NCBI RefSeq assembly: GCF_006345805.1
Contig: NC_043014.1
Location: forward strand, 35,216,001 to 35,280,000
Reading direction: 5' to 3'
Source of the DNA: Octopus sinensis
Lineage: Eukaryota
DNA: 64,000 nucleotides
Below, one piece after another: positions 1 to 12,263 of the stretch. Every line of letters starts with the position of its first letter. Position 1 is the first letter of the stretch. The position numbers were made by a program, and so were the translations under genes. The notes beneath the pieces are model-generated. The model saw nothing but the letters and a program-made list of their open reading frames with translations. It was not told where the DNA came from and searched no databases.

Positions 1-647
1 CTTTCATCCTTTTGGGGTCGATAAATTAAGTACCAGTTACGCACTGGGGTCGATGTAATCGACTTAATACCTATGTCTGTCCTTGTTTGTCCCCTCTGTG
101 TTTAGCCCCTTGTGGATAATAAAGAAATAGGTATGATCATGCTGACCAGTTCTCACCCAGCTTCTCTCTATGTAATTTCACTCACAAGGCTTGGACTGAT
201 TTGAAACCATGGTAGAAGACTTCTGGCCAAGATGCCGTGCAGCAGGATCACACAAGTATGAAGAAAATTGTAAAACACACTGGCATGCCACATCCCACAC
301 AACAGATAAATGTATACACACACACACACACACAATCTGAGAGTACATGGCCTAGTGGTTAGGTTGTACTTATGAATGCATGATTGTGGTTTCAATTCCT
401 GGAGTATACACTTCATCTAATGTTGTTCTGCAATTACTTCAACACCTGATGTGTGATGCACCTGTTCAAGCAATGCCAACTTGGAGGAAATGAGCTAGTG
501 TACAGCACATATCACTATGTGCTAGTTTGTTCAGCAAGAGACTGTTTTTCTTGGACCTTGAGAGACTTCCACTGCATACACAAAAATATGAGACTTCCAC
601 TGCATACACAAAAACATTATATACATATACTTTTTAACATATGTATA

Positions 648-1163
648 CCGTAATTCCTTGAGTATAGTCCGCCCTTGAGTATATTACGCAGGGGATTTTT
701 AGGGGGCTGTACCTCTGAAAAACCTAAACCTTGTGTATAATACGCACCCCTTCTCTTAACTTGAGTCGTGCGTAATTAAACCGGCAGCACCTAGTCGAAC
801 AAACACTTCCGCACATGCGGAATACAATAATGGTGATGTTCTTAACTGTTATATGGGAATGTAAATATGTTTGCAAATTGTTTTTGTTACATGTTGTTCT
901 GTGTTCTGAATACTTTTATTTTAATAAATGTTGTTTACTGAAAGTTATGGATAATTCTTTGATGACTTCATTGCTTTCAGGCAAGGTATTTTTGCGCCCA
1001 ACATCACAAAATGCGTCTGAATAAACATTGTTGGACAGCAAATAGAGACTTGGACATTGTTTAGAAAATATTTTTCATTTTTAGCCTCGTATATAATACA
1101 CACTAGGGATTTTGACCTTTAAATTTTGGGAAAAAAATGTGGATTATACTCGAGGATTTACGG
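648..1163. mobile_element. pogo/Tigger-like MITE
   Basis: TIRs CCGTAATTCCTTGAGTATAGTCCGC / GTGGATTATACTCGAGGATTTACGG with TA on both flanks. Confidence 0.75.
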
Positions 1164-2129
1164 TATATAAAATTACACACAAAAATATGAAGATAAATAT
1201 ACATTTTATACGAAAACTTCTAAAGATTATATATATGTGTGTGTATATATATATATATATATGTGTATATATATATATATATCTCACCATGACCGACCAG
1301 GCTATCAGATGTTGCTACACATCGCTGGTGACAATGCGCTTCGCATTGTTTTAGCCTGCAAATGACGCCACCCCGCTGGCTAAGCGAGCAGGCCAACAGA
1401 AGAGTGAGAGAAAGTTGTGGCGAAAGAGTACAGCAGGGATCGCCACCACTCCCTGCTGGTGCCTTGTGGAGCTATAGGTGTTTTCGCTCAATAAACACTC
1501 AACGCCCGGTCTGGGAATTGAAACCGCGAGTCCGCTGCCCTAACCACTGGGCCATTGCACCTCCACACACACATATATATATATATATATCCCTCTCTCT
1601 CTTTCGGAGAGGCACTGAGCACCTACACGCACACATACACACACGGCAGTAACTTCTGCCTACCGAATTCAATCACAAAGCTTCGGTCGACTCGGGGCTA
1701 TAGTGGAAGACACCTGCCCGAAGTGCCACGCAGTGGGACTGAACCCAAAACCATGTAGTTAGGAAGCAAGCTCCCTAACCACACAGCTATATATAATCTA
1801 TTATTAAATACAAATACATTTATAATTTCAAAATATATTTTACTTTTTCAAAATTATACACTTTAATGTTTGTGCAATTGTCTTAACTGATGTCATTGTA
1901 TGTGATTCAAATGGCAGTAATGAGTTTGTTATTTACATAACTCGACCACAATATCTCTCCATCAACACTGCATTTTTTGAAGTACACACATATGCACACA
2001 CTATATCTTCATACACATATAAAATGGACACACATTAATATTAATGTGTTTTTTTTTCCAGATGACTACAAGATCAATTATTGTTGTTGTGTATAGTTAA
2101 TAAGATTTGATTGCAATATATTACTAGTA

Positions 2130-2135
2130 TTTATT
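2130..2135 (-). terminator. Candidate polyadenylation signal of the zinc-finger gene
   Basis: AATAAA on the minus strand about 330 nt past the stop; no transcript evidence. Confidence 0.3.
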
Positions 2136-2463
2136 ATTATTATTTTTTTTTAGCCCATTTGTAGATTGTTGGCACTTAAATCACTTTCCTCTCTATATTC
2201 CATGTCAGGAGTATGGGACGAAAGGTGGGGTCAATCAGAGCAGAAGTCTGAATTCAAATACTAATGTTGGTTCGATTAATTGTCAAAATTGTGTGGACAT
2301 TACCTGCATTTTTACAAGTTTCTTGTTTTACCAGTTGAGAAACTGCAGGATATTTTCTGGTCTTTTAATTACTAATTCTTTGCCAAATGAAGCAAAAAAA
2401 AAAAAAAACTGTAAGATCTAAATTTCAGCAGATAAATTTTTCAAGTTGATTTAATAAAATACT

Positions 2464-5400
2464 TCAAATATTTGGCAAAATTTCTGGTTTAACATCATCT
2501 TCATATAAAACCTGCTTCTCTAAAGTAGCTGTCTTATCCCCTCTTTGCCATTCTGCCGAGTAATCTCTGGCAAAGTTATTTTTTTCAACTTTGATTTGGG
2601 GCTCTTTTAAGATATTTTGCATAATACTAATTGATGGAAAGACGGGGGAAGAAACAGTATTGAAATTATTACCAGAATTGAAGGAAGCAATATCAGTCTT
2701 GCACTGGCTGGTTGAAGAATCTGGAGAATTTGTTAGTTCAGAAGTTTCTTCTCTCAGATCAGATAAAGACTCCTCAGCTGCTTTGTAGCTGATATTGGAA
2801 GGATCTGATAAAGAATGTTTGGTTTCCAGTTGTTTATTTGTGGTAAACGATGATTCTTGGTTGGATGAGTTGATTTCATTTGGGGAAGTAGTAGCAGAGT
2901 TAAGAATCACTTTATTGGCTAGATTTTCAGTGCTGTGATTGTTATTGTGGAGGGCTAGGGATTTTCCTTCAACAGGGTTAGAGTGCCATGATCCACGTGT
3001 CTTCAAGTGTGTCTCAAATTGGCTCAGCAAGGAGAATCGCTGTTGAATACTAGAATAGTCATCAAGTTTCCTTTCTGTATGAATCTTCAAGTGTGATGTC
3101 AGATGGTTGGATTGAGTGAAATTTTTATTGCAAATGTTACACCTGAATGGTTTCTCACCAGTATGGATACGAATATGTCTGGTTAGATGACTAGGTCGAG
3201 AAAAAGATTTCTCACAATATGTACATTTAAACATTGGCTTTTTAGACACGGATGAAGGGGAGACTGAATTATTTCCATAGACTGCTCTCCTTAATCTTCT
3301 ATTTGGTGAAGCTAAAATATGTTGAGATTCTTGAGTTAAAGCTTTGGCACTGGGTGCAGGATTATCATCATCATCATCATCATCATCAATGATAAGAAAA
3401 TTCTGTGATACAATCCCAAAATTTGGGTTGTATCTCAGAGAGGTATTGTCCAGATAAACTTGATTGTCTGTATAGTGAGATTTAACATGTATACTGTAGT
3501 GGTTCCAATTTTCAAAGTGTTTGTTGCAATAATGACACTTCATCCCTTTACCTGGGTCAAAGGGTTCAACTGTGTTGGGATTGTCTTGTGTAGATTGTCT
3601 ATGTTCTTGGTTGGTAGACATCTTTGCATTCTTTTTAGGGTCATTTAATTTCAGTGCATCTTCATTAAAGGCATGGGATGAACTGTGTGTGAATTTTTTC
3701 CAAATATCTTGTTCATCTTCTATGTCAAGTGGATAACTAGACACTGTGTTTGTTGAAGCACATGCCTCTGTTTTAATATTTTGGAGGCAGTTTCCAAGAA
3801 AATTACTTTGTTCTTGTTCCAGAAATTCCTGCATGTTGTCTTTTTCGGTATATTTGCAGGCAGTGGACAGAGATTTATCACTTAATGACACGTCATTCCT
3901 GTCTACATCTTCCTCTTCTAAGGGCTCTTCTTTAACCTTTACAAAACACTCATCTGGTTTAGGACTTGGTGTCAGTTTTGGGGTAAACACTGATAGAGTG
4001 TCAGGGTTGCATTCATCAACACTTTCCTGTTCTTTCTTCACAGAAGTTTGAATTTCTGAAAGGTTGCGATTGACTTGTTCACTGAGATGATCTTCCTCAC
4101 ATTTAACAACTTCAATGGCAACTTCTTGATTGTCTGTAGAATCTGAAGAGGACCTAGATTTCCATTCCAGTTCTTTAGGAGTATATGTTTCAGTGGATAA
4201 CTGGTTATGGAATTCATTTGGAGTAGAAACAGACGTTTTAGAATCCAAATCATCTGTTCTCAAGGTCCATACCTCATTTGCATGTGGTGTAATGAATTCT
4301 GTATCAAAGTTAGACTCAACAGATGTCTGATTGTCCTGTACACTGGAACCCTTACAATTAGTATCGACACTTTCAGAGATTTCCTCAATGCTTTCATCTT
4401 CTGACAAAAGTTCCACATGTTCATTATTATTTGAGTCTTTGTTGTAGGGCACCTCAGACAGTTCTTTAATATACAGAACAGAGGGATGCACGTTTTGTGT
4501 CAGGCTCTTCGACATAGAGTGTTCGCTATCATTTTGTATTGGGTGTGCTTTCTCTAAAGTGGTATTGTGTGAAGGGGCTTCGTCATCTATCATAACTGAA
4601 TCTTCATTAGGATCAAGCACAAGGAGAGCATCGTCGCTGAATTGTGTATTGGGATAATTGAGAGTGGCAACATGTGATTGAAGATGCAGATTTAAATGAC
4701 TGAGTAAGAAAAAACTTTGGCCACACAGCTGGCAGTCAAATGGTCTGGGGCTGAGGTGAAATCTGTGCTGGAATGGTTTGATGCCAGTATGAATTCTAAT
4801 GTGAGTTGTTAAGTGATTTGACTGACGGAACTGTTTACTACAATATTTACATTTGAATGGCTTCTCTCCTGTGTGGACACGGACGTGTCGTAATAAATGA
4901 CTGGGTCGGGAAAATGCTTTTGGACAGTATTTACATCGAAATCTGTTCTGAGAATTATTGCCAGATAAGTATCGATTACGGCTTTGATATACACCAAATG
5001 TACTTAAATGTGGCTTTTTTATTCTTGACTGATAATTTTGATGTTGATTCTTAAAGGCCAAGAAGTTGGAGCTTGTATGTTGCTGGCTGGTCATCAGTGG
5101 TGTTCTAGACAGAGTGTTGCTAGATTTACTGTTACTAATCAATTGATTTGAAAGTCTCTTTCGGCTCTCTGGCTGTTGGACAGAAGTGTTATTGATGACA
5201 TTAAAGCCAGTACGCGACACAAACGTATCTGGCTTGAACTTGGAGGTTCTTGAGAAACTTGACTGGTTTTCTGGAATGGTTGATGGGAAAAGCGTTCGGT
5301 TCAGTTGACCAGCATCACTAGAAATCGCTTTGTTTGAAGTAAGATGCGGCAGCTGTTGTGTTGTTGTGGCATCATTGGGTAGGGATGAAAGAATTTGGCG

Positions 5401-6807
5401 TCGTTTACTTGGACTGATGGTGGATGAGTGTGATGTTTCCCATTGCTGTGTTGCAAGTTTGTCTCTGGTAAATGGCTTTAAGCCGACATGGTGTGTACGA
5501 TTCTTGTCAATGTCAAAGTGTATAAAAGATTGCCTTTTAGCAGTTTGTGATGATGATGATGATGATGATGGTGTCAATGATGATGATAATGCTGTATTTA
5601 AATAGCTTTGGTCTACTGTTTCTCCAGATAACATCTTCTCTAGAATCCTCAAGTTTGAAGAAGAAAATCCTGATTTGAAGTTATTATTTTCTCTTAAAGT
5701 TTGGAGTGTTGAGGAATTTTCATTCAGATCCATAGAGTCAAGATGTTTATGTTTTGATGTTACCCTGATGTCATCTAGTTGGGGATCTTTGGTACGAAGG
5801 GTTGGTTTAGTTGGTTTTGATTTCTCTGTCTCCAGGGCTGAGTCAGAAGAGAGGTTTGCCTCACTATCAGGATCTGCTTTAATGATAATAACATCATCAT
5901 CATCAGATTCAGCATCTGATTGTTGAAGCAATATTTCATCATTTAATATGTCATCAGATACATCAATGGAAATATTACTGACGTCTTTACTGACATCCAA
6001 ATTCTCTTTCATCTGAATTTGTAGATGTCCATCTTTATTTTCTGAAACACTTTTCTGTGATAAATAATCCCTATAAGAGAAGACATTCATATTTTTTACT
6101 ACTGGTCTCTTTTGGTGCTGAATTTTTGTAGGAAGTGTGTGCGTTTGTAAATGAATTTTTAAGGAGTTGTAATTCATGAATTCTTCCATACATAGTTCAC
6201 ACTTCAAAGATGTTGTTAACTCCTTACTGACGGGGCTTTTGTTGGTTAATTTAGAAACATCTTTCTTATAGTTTAAGTGGTGTTTGGACAGAAATGCTGG
6301 TGTTGATCTTTTTAGGCATGCTGCTATCGATCCACTTAAAATCAAGTTTTCGACTTGTCTGTTTGTGTTGGCCTTTGTAATAATACAATCATCGTCCCTT
6401 AAGCTTAAACTAGATTCTCTTTTCACATGTGAAGGTAATAATCCATTAGTGAAACAAGTAGGAGATTCAATGTGTGACATTTCATGGTTGCTTTTGTCAC
6501 CAGGAGTCAAGAAACTTGACGACGTGTCAAAAGTGGTCAATGACGGATCAACTGTAAGCAGTGAGAGGGCATTGTTGTTGGTGTCTATAGGCTTGTGGTG
6601 GATTTTGGCATGTGACGTCAAATGGTTTGACTGCTTGAAACATTTGCCACAAACCAAACAGAAAAACGGCTTTTCACCAGTGTGAACTCTGAGGTGACGT
6701 GTCAGGTGACTTGGTCTGGAGAAAGACTTTTGGCAATATTCACATGGATATTTACTTTTATTCAAAGATGTTTTCAGAGTTGATAATTTGTGGAGTTCTA
6801 TTTCCAT
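2464..6807 (-). CDS. C2H2 zinc-finger protein, single large coding exon (~1447 aa, 9 intact fingers plus 1 degenerate)
   Basis: 1491-aa ORF in the track. The first plausible ATG downstream of the splice acceptor (TTTTTTTATAG, exon starts 6919) is at 6807 (ACAATGG, MEIELHK). Canonical C-x2-C-x3-F-x5-L-x2-H-x3-H fingers with TGEKP linkers at about 6598-6750, 6139-6208, 4672-4941, 3475-3543 and 3079-3231. Stop TGA at 2464-2466. Confidence 0.93.
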   Translation of the reverse strand: MEIELHKLSTLKTSLNKSKYPCEYCQKSFSRPSHLTRHLRVHTGEKPFFCLVCGKCFKQSNHLTSHAKIHHKPIDTNNNALSLLTVDPSLTTFDTSSSFLTPGDKSNHEMSHIESPTCFTNGLLPSHVKRESSLSLRDDDCIITKANTNRQVENLILSGSIAACLKRSTPAFLSKHHLNYKKDVSKLTNKSPVSKELTTSLKCELCMEEFMNYNSLKIHLQTHTLPTKIQHQKRPVVKNMNVFSYRDYLSQKSVSENKDGHLQIQMKENLDVSKDVSNISIDVSDDILNDEILLQQSDAESDDDDVIIIKADPDSEANLSSDSALETEKSKPTKPTLRTKDPQLDDIRVTSKHKHLDSMDLNENSSTLQTLRENNNFKSGFSSSNLRILEKMLSGETVDQSYLNTALSSSLTPSSSSSSSQTAKRQSFIHFDIDKNRTHHVGLKPFTRDKLATQQWETSHSSTISPSKRRQILSSLPNDATTTQQLPHLTSNKAISSDAGQLNRTLFPSTIPENQSSFSRTSKFKPDTFVSRTGFNVINNTSVQQPESRKRLSNQLISNSKSSNTLSRTPLMTSQQHTSSNFLAFKNQHQNYQSRIKKPHLSTFGVYQSRNRYLSGNNSQNRFRCKYCPKAFSRPSHLLRHVRVHTGEKPFKCKYCSKQFRQSNHLTTHIRIHTGIKPFQHRFHLSPRPFDCQLCGQSFFLLSHLNLHLQSHVATLNYPNTQFSDDALLVLDPNEDSVMIDDEAPSHNTTLEKAHPIQNDSEHSMSKSLTQNVHPSVLYIKELSEVPYNKDSNNNEHVELLSEDESIEEISESVDTNCKGSSVQDNQTSVESNFDTEFITPHANEVWTLRTDDLDSKTSVSTPNEFHNQLSTETYTPKELEWKSRSSSDSTDNQEVAIEVVKCEEDHLSEQVNRNLSEIQTSVKKEQESVDECNPDTLSVFTPKLTPSPKPDECFVKVKEEPLEEEDVDRNDVSLSDKSLSTACKYTEKDNMQEFLEQEQSNFLGNCLQNIKTEACASTNTVSSYPLDIEDEQDIWKKFTHSSSHAFNEDALKLNDPKKNAKMSTNQEHRQSTQDNPNTVEPFDPGKGMKCHYCNKHFENWNHYSIHVKSHYTDNQVYLDNTSLRYNPNFGIVSQNFLIIDDDDDDDDNPAPSAKALTQESQHILASPNRRLRRAVYGNNSVSPSSVSKKPMFKCTYCEKSFSRPSHLTRHIRIHTGEKPFRCNICNKNFTQSNHLTSHLKIHTERKLDDYSSIQQRFSLLSQFETHLKTRGSWHSNPVEGKSLALHNNNHSTENLANKVILNSATTSPNEINSSNQESSFTTNKQLETKHSLSDPSNISYKAAEESLSDLREETSELTNSPDSSTSQCKTDIASFNSGNNFNTVSSPVFPSISIMQNILKEPQIKVEKNNFARDYSAEWQRGDKTATLEKQVLYEDDVKPEILPNI

Positions 6808-6880
6808 TGTTGGCTGAGGCAGTGAACTTACTGGGAAAATACTTTCAACTTGCCAGCACACACACACAAGGTGATGCAGT

Positions 6881-6916
6881 TCAACAACCACTACTACAGA
6901 TACTGCAGGATTCCAT
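6881..6916 (-). other. Short uORF (MESCSICSSGC*) in the 5' leader of the zinc-finger exon
   Basis: ACTATGG at 6916, three nt inside the exon and out of frame with the main ORF; TGA at 6883-6881. Confidence 0.55.
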
Positions 6917-9900
6917 AGTCTATAAAAAAAAAAAAACATTGAGAAAACAGTAAATAAAAGAAATGGTAATCACACTTGATAATGTATAATACAGACATCA
7001 CCTAATTTACAATGAGCCTTTCAAAGGGTCAGTTCTAAGAGGTCAGTGTATAGTTTCGGTTCTATGATGTTATGTGTACAAGAATTAAATGGCTTGAATT
7101 GGCTTCAACTAAGAATGGAAATCTTGTCACAGTCAACCTCTGCTATTAGTATTCATCATATTAGGTTTGTATATTTTTTTAGTTTGCTGCCCTAGGTTCA
7201 AGTTACTGCATGGGTCTAGTTTATGCAGAAACCTATTTCAGTCTGTTCTCTGGGAATTGTATTGAAATCTTTCAGGATCATAGTATGGTATAAGCGTGTG
7301 ATATTTAAGGGTGTGTGATGGATGATACGAGTGTATTATAGGTGTGTGGCGGATGGTATGAGTATGTGATGATTCGTATGGATGAAAATATGAGGAGAAA
7401 AGTGTTGTGTGTTGAGAAGAAAATTCTCATGGCATAAAAAGAAAAAAAACTACTGAGCTATCTAACATTTCAAACATGACAGAGGTGATTGTAAATACTA
7501 CCAGCTGACTGGCATCCATGCTAGTGGAGCACTAAGAGCACCATCTGAGCGTGATTGTTGCCAGAGCGGCTAACTGGCGTTCGTGCCGGTGGCACGTAAA
7601 AAACACCATACGAGTGTGATCGTTACAAGTGTTGCCTTACTGGCACTTGTGCTGGTGTGCAGGTGACACATAAAAAAAAAAAGACGATTTTTTTCGTGGC
7701 TGTTGCTAGTACCGCCTGACTGGCCCTTGTGCCGGTGGCACATAAAAACACCCACTACACTCTCGGAGTGGTTGGCATTAGGAAGGGCATCCAGCTGTAG
7801 AAACTGCCAGATCAAGATTGGAGCCTGGTGCAGCCATCTGGTTCGTCAGTCCTCAATCAAATCGTCCAACCCATACTAGCATGGAAAGTGGACGTTAAAC
7901 GATGATGATGAACAGATCTATCATCCTTACTTCCAACACCTGTGTCTCTTTTTCCAGTAGCAACCGGTATATTTTCTATCAAACCAAATCTTGCTGTTCT
8001 ACATCACTCTTCATAAATTTGAGAAATGTAAATCGTTACCTTTTATACCAGCAAAACTTTTGATTATGTCTGACATGAGAACCTCCTAGCTCAGTTGCCT
8101 GCCTATGATCTCCAATTGCTCTTGTTTTAGACTAGAAGTTTTCTGTCAAAGGGTTAGGATAAGACAGAACACTCCAGCCTATACTCTATTAATTTTGGTA
8201 TATCCCAAAATTTGTTTAATTCTCTCAAGCTTGTCAAGGGTTTCTTAGCTTAATAGTACAGAGAGTTATGACAAAGAACTGAAACATCTGGTGCATTACT
8301 GTATTCAAGAAGATCTGTCCAGGTGATGCATAAAAAGCACTGGCACTGATGCTATGTTATAAGCACTGGTGCTGGTTCCACAAAATGCATTCAGTACACT
8401 ATGTGGAATGGTTGGTGTTAGGAAGGGCATCCAGCTGTAGAAACCACGCCAGAGCAGAAAATAGACCCTGCTGCAGCCCTTGGCCCTACCAGTTCGGTCA
8501 AACTGTCCAACCCATGCCAGCATGGAAAACGGATGTTTTATTTATTTTTTTAAGAGCATCCAGCTGTAAAAACCATACCAAAACAGACACAGCAGTCTGG
8601 CCAGCTCCTGTCAAACCATCCAACCTATGCCAGCAGGGAAGGTGGACTTTAAATGATGACCATGATGATTAATGATCTCCTTATTCTTACTTCTGACTAC
8701 TCCTTACACAGGAGCTAACCACTCGCCACTTCTTCACATCTAGACATCATCCATAAGCACTGCATTGCTCCTATGAACTGAGACAACCTGAACAAACTTA
8801 TCAGTATGGACATAACCTACTACAACAGTAATAAAAATACAATTGGCTCATATATCAAGGAAATGACCTTATACAACACAATATTCATGAGAAAGGAAAT
8901 AACCCCTCAAAGCTACATAAGAAATCTTATGATTGTTTACGGAAACATTACATATATAACATTGTCAAAACTTTGTTTCAACACTAGGTTTACTCTTCTG
9001 AGTAAAGTAAAATAAAATACTTAAGTTTTCTCCAGTTGCTGACCCTCTACAAAGCACAAGACCCACAATATTGCTGTTACACATACACATCCTAGCCCAA
9101 AGTTCTCAAGTGGCATGCTGCAAGATGTATCAAGGTGCACTGTAAATTCTTAAAAAACGTAATTTAAGAGTTCAAAAAATCCATACCAGTTCTTGGAAGA
9201 ACCAACAGTGGTGAGAGAAAGGAAAGAAATTATCCTCAAACCAGAAACTTGGCTCAAATGCTTGCAAGCTCTATTTAAGGCACCAAAGGACCAGCTGATG
9301 GTGTTAAACCAAGCAGCAGATTAAGTCTACCATTCAGAACTCAAAACTCAAAGAGCCAGAACAACTACCACAAGGCATCTCATCCAATGCTGTAACGATT
9401 CCACCAATCTACTGGTCTGGACTGGCATTTAATTTAATTGATTTGGTAAAAATGAATGTCAAAGTTGACCTTGCTAGGAATTCAGAATGCAGAGAGCCAG
9501 AGCATAAACCAGAGATAACTAGACATCAGGTACATCAGGTAACTAGGAAAGGAGTTGTAAGAAGCAATGTTCTGTGATAAGAGGATCAGAGGCATGAGGT
9601 GTTTGTTCCAGATTACAAAGTAATATGTGCATGTGAATCAAAACGTTATTGGAGAAAAGTGTATATAGAATAACAGTGGCACATTTGTTCTTATTGACAC
9701 TGAGAAGAAAAAGGCTTGGAAATATTACTAGGAAAGGTTGCTGTATGAAAAAAGTATCTCATGCTGAATAAGAATAACTAACAGCAAGACCAACTGTTCA
9801 GTCAAAAGCATAGCTTAATATATGAAGAGAGAGAAGGTAGTTGGGTCATCAGGGATAGTTGCTGAAATGCTAAAGTGTTTAGTCACCCACATTGTCAATG

Positions 9901-9947
9901 ATGTGGTACAAGAAGGTGTCACACACAATGACTGACATAGTAGTATC

Positions 9948-10179
9948 TATTTCTTTACTACCCACAAGGGGCTAAACAAAGAGGGGACAAACAAAGACAG
10001 ACAAACGGATTAAGTCGATTACATCGACCCCAGTGTGAAACTGGTACTTTATTTATCGACCCCGAAAGGATGAAAGGCAAAGTCGACCTCGGCGGAATTT
10101 GAACTCAGAGCGTGACGGCAGACGAAATACCGCAAAGCATTTCGCCCAGCGTGCTAACGTTTCTGCCAGCTCGCTGCCT
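9948..10179 (-). mobile_element. SINE family B monomer with 17-bp TSD
   Basis: A-box-like TGGCAGAAAC, B-box GTTCAAATTCC, core CCTTTCATCCTTTCGGGGTCGATAAA; ACTGACATAGTAGTATC at 9931-9947 and 10180-10196. Confidence 0.88.
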
Positions 10180-10632
10180 ACTGACATAGTAGTATCATCA
10201 CCAGGTGTTATAGGTCAAAGATGTTTTAGAAAGAAGAATGTGAAGTGGAATCAAACTAATAGATCAAGCTAGGAAAGTAAGAGGAAGAGCTATAGTACAA
10301 CTGATTAAGACAAAAGTTAACATAGTTGAAATGCAGTTCAGGTTTGCACCACCAAAACCTTAGTCCTATTGAATTAGAAGAGAAGTTCTTAGTTATGAAC
10401 AAATCACTATACCTAGTGGTCTTGAGAAGGCCATTCACACTGTATCTTGCACTGTTTGTGTGGCTGTTAAGAAAACTAGTTGTAAATTAATGACTCGTTA
10501 GATGATGTCAAGAAGGTAAGACTTGGCAATGAGGCATTTAGTGTGCTGGTAGGTGTAACATCAGGTAGTCCTCAGTTTACAGCCCCATTTTGTTTATAAA
10601 AAGGTTTTCCAGGCTCTAATAAGGTAGTTTAA

Positions 10633-10853
10633 CCCTTTTGATACCAACCCGGCCAAAACCGCCTCTGGCTCTTAGTACAAATGTCTTGTTTTCATAAGTA
10701 CTGAATTAAAATCTTCCACCAAACCTTAGTCACAATTTATGTTCCTAACACCAGCTTAATGATAACTAAGTTCTTTTACTAAATTCTTTGTTATATTTAA
10801 AATTAATTGAATGAAACACAGAGCATCTGAAAAGAAATACGGTAACAAAAGGG
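10633..10853. mobile_element. TTAA-flanked MITE (piggyBac-like ends)
   Basis: TTAA|CCCTTTTGATACC ... GGTAACAAAAGGG|TTAA; paralogue at 21895-22114. Confidence 0.8.
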
Positions 10854-12227
10854 TTAAAACTGGCACTTAGTGGAAGCTCTTGTGTACCATTTGGAAAGTG
10901 GTCAGGATAAATATGCAGAAAAGAAGTAGGGATTTCATACAGTACACTCTATAGGTTAGATGAGAGATGTGATGGCATTGTAGGTAGGCTAAGGTGGTGA
11001 ATTGGCAGAATCGTTAGCATGCTGGACAAAATGCTTAGCAGTATTTCGCCTGTCACTACATTCTGAGTTAAAATTCTGCCAGGGTCGACTTTGCCTTTCA
11101 TCATTTCAGGTCGATGAAATAAGTATCAGTGAAATACTGGGGTTGATGTGATTGACTAGTCCCCTTCCCTAAGTTTCAGGCCTTGTTCCTATTGTAGAAA
11201 GGGATTGTAGGTAGGCTGACACAGTAGGTAAACTTTATGTGTTGCAGATCTACAGTTGTTAGCAATAGCAGCACTCATAAAATAAATCCTTTCAAATACC
11301 CAGAAGGTTTCATAGAAGCAAGTAGTTGAATGCTTTTATTACTTGTGAGAGCTAATTAGCAGTGGAGGTAGGTACATAGATAGCATGGTAGCCAGAGTAA
11401 GAAAAAAGTGGAAAAAGTTTAGCAAGCTACTACCTCTGCTGACAGCAAATGGATTCTTTTTTCAAGAGAAGGATAAATTGTATGAGGTTCGTGTATGAAG
11501 TGTGATGTTGATTAGAAATCATAGGCATTGAATGTAGGTGAGTTGTAAAGGCCAAAGAAAAATGATATGAAAATGTTCTGCTGGATGTGCAATATAACTA
11601 TGAATGAAAGACAGAGCACAAATGAGTAGAGGAATTAAATGTAGTGTGCATGATAAGAGACAGCAGTGGTAAAGAAGACACTAATGAATATGGAGAATGA
11701 TAATTGGGTAATAAAATATAAAGCAACCCAAATAGACAGAACAAGCTGATGAGGAAGACAGAGGTTGATATGAAAAGAAATGGTGAAGACTGATCTCACA
11801 ATCCTGGACTTCACAAATGTGTTTCTTTATTACCCACAAGGGGCTAAACATAGAGGGAACAAACAAGGACAGACAAATGGATTAAGTCCATTACATCGAC
11901 CCCAGTGCGTAAATCGTAATTAATTTATCGACCCCGAAAGGATGAAAGGCAAAGTCGACCTTGGCGAGGCAAGGTACTGTGACAAGTGGCAAAGAAGACC
12001 CGCCAGCTCATGCAAGTATACAAAAACGAGTATAGGTAAGATGATGAAAAACATTTATATCATATATATGAGTGGCTGTGTGGTAAGTAGAGCTTGCTTA
12101 CCAACCACATGGTTCCGGGTTCAGTCCCATTGCATGGTACCTTGGGCAAGTGGTCTTTTACTATAGCCTTGGGTCGACCAAAGCCTTGTGAGTGGATTTG
12201 GTAAACAGAAACTCAAAAAAGCCTGTC

Positions 12228-12263
<36 letters not shown>

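Larger units (their letters stand above)
9520..11800 (+). mobile_element. Scattered, heavily decayed RTE-like pieces interleaved with SINEs and MITEs
   Basis: Purine-rich segments resembling RTE ORF DNA; no intact motifs remain. Confidence 0.35.

Noticed and set aside
558-616. ~27-nt direct duplication GAGACTTCCACTGCATACACAAAAA
   Set aside because: An isolated local slippage duplication with no further structure.
6808-6939. N-terminal extension MFFFFYRLW... of the 1491-aa ORF
   Set aside because: The TTG start and FFFF come from the intron polypyrimidine tract; the splice acceptor is at 6920-6921.
2591-6953. Plus-strand ORFs overlapping the zinc-finger exon
   Set aside because: Antisense shadows of a long coding exon, with no domain motifs.
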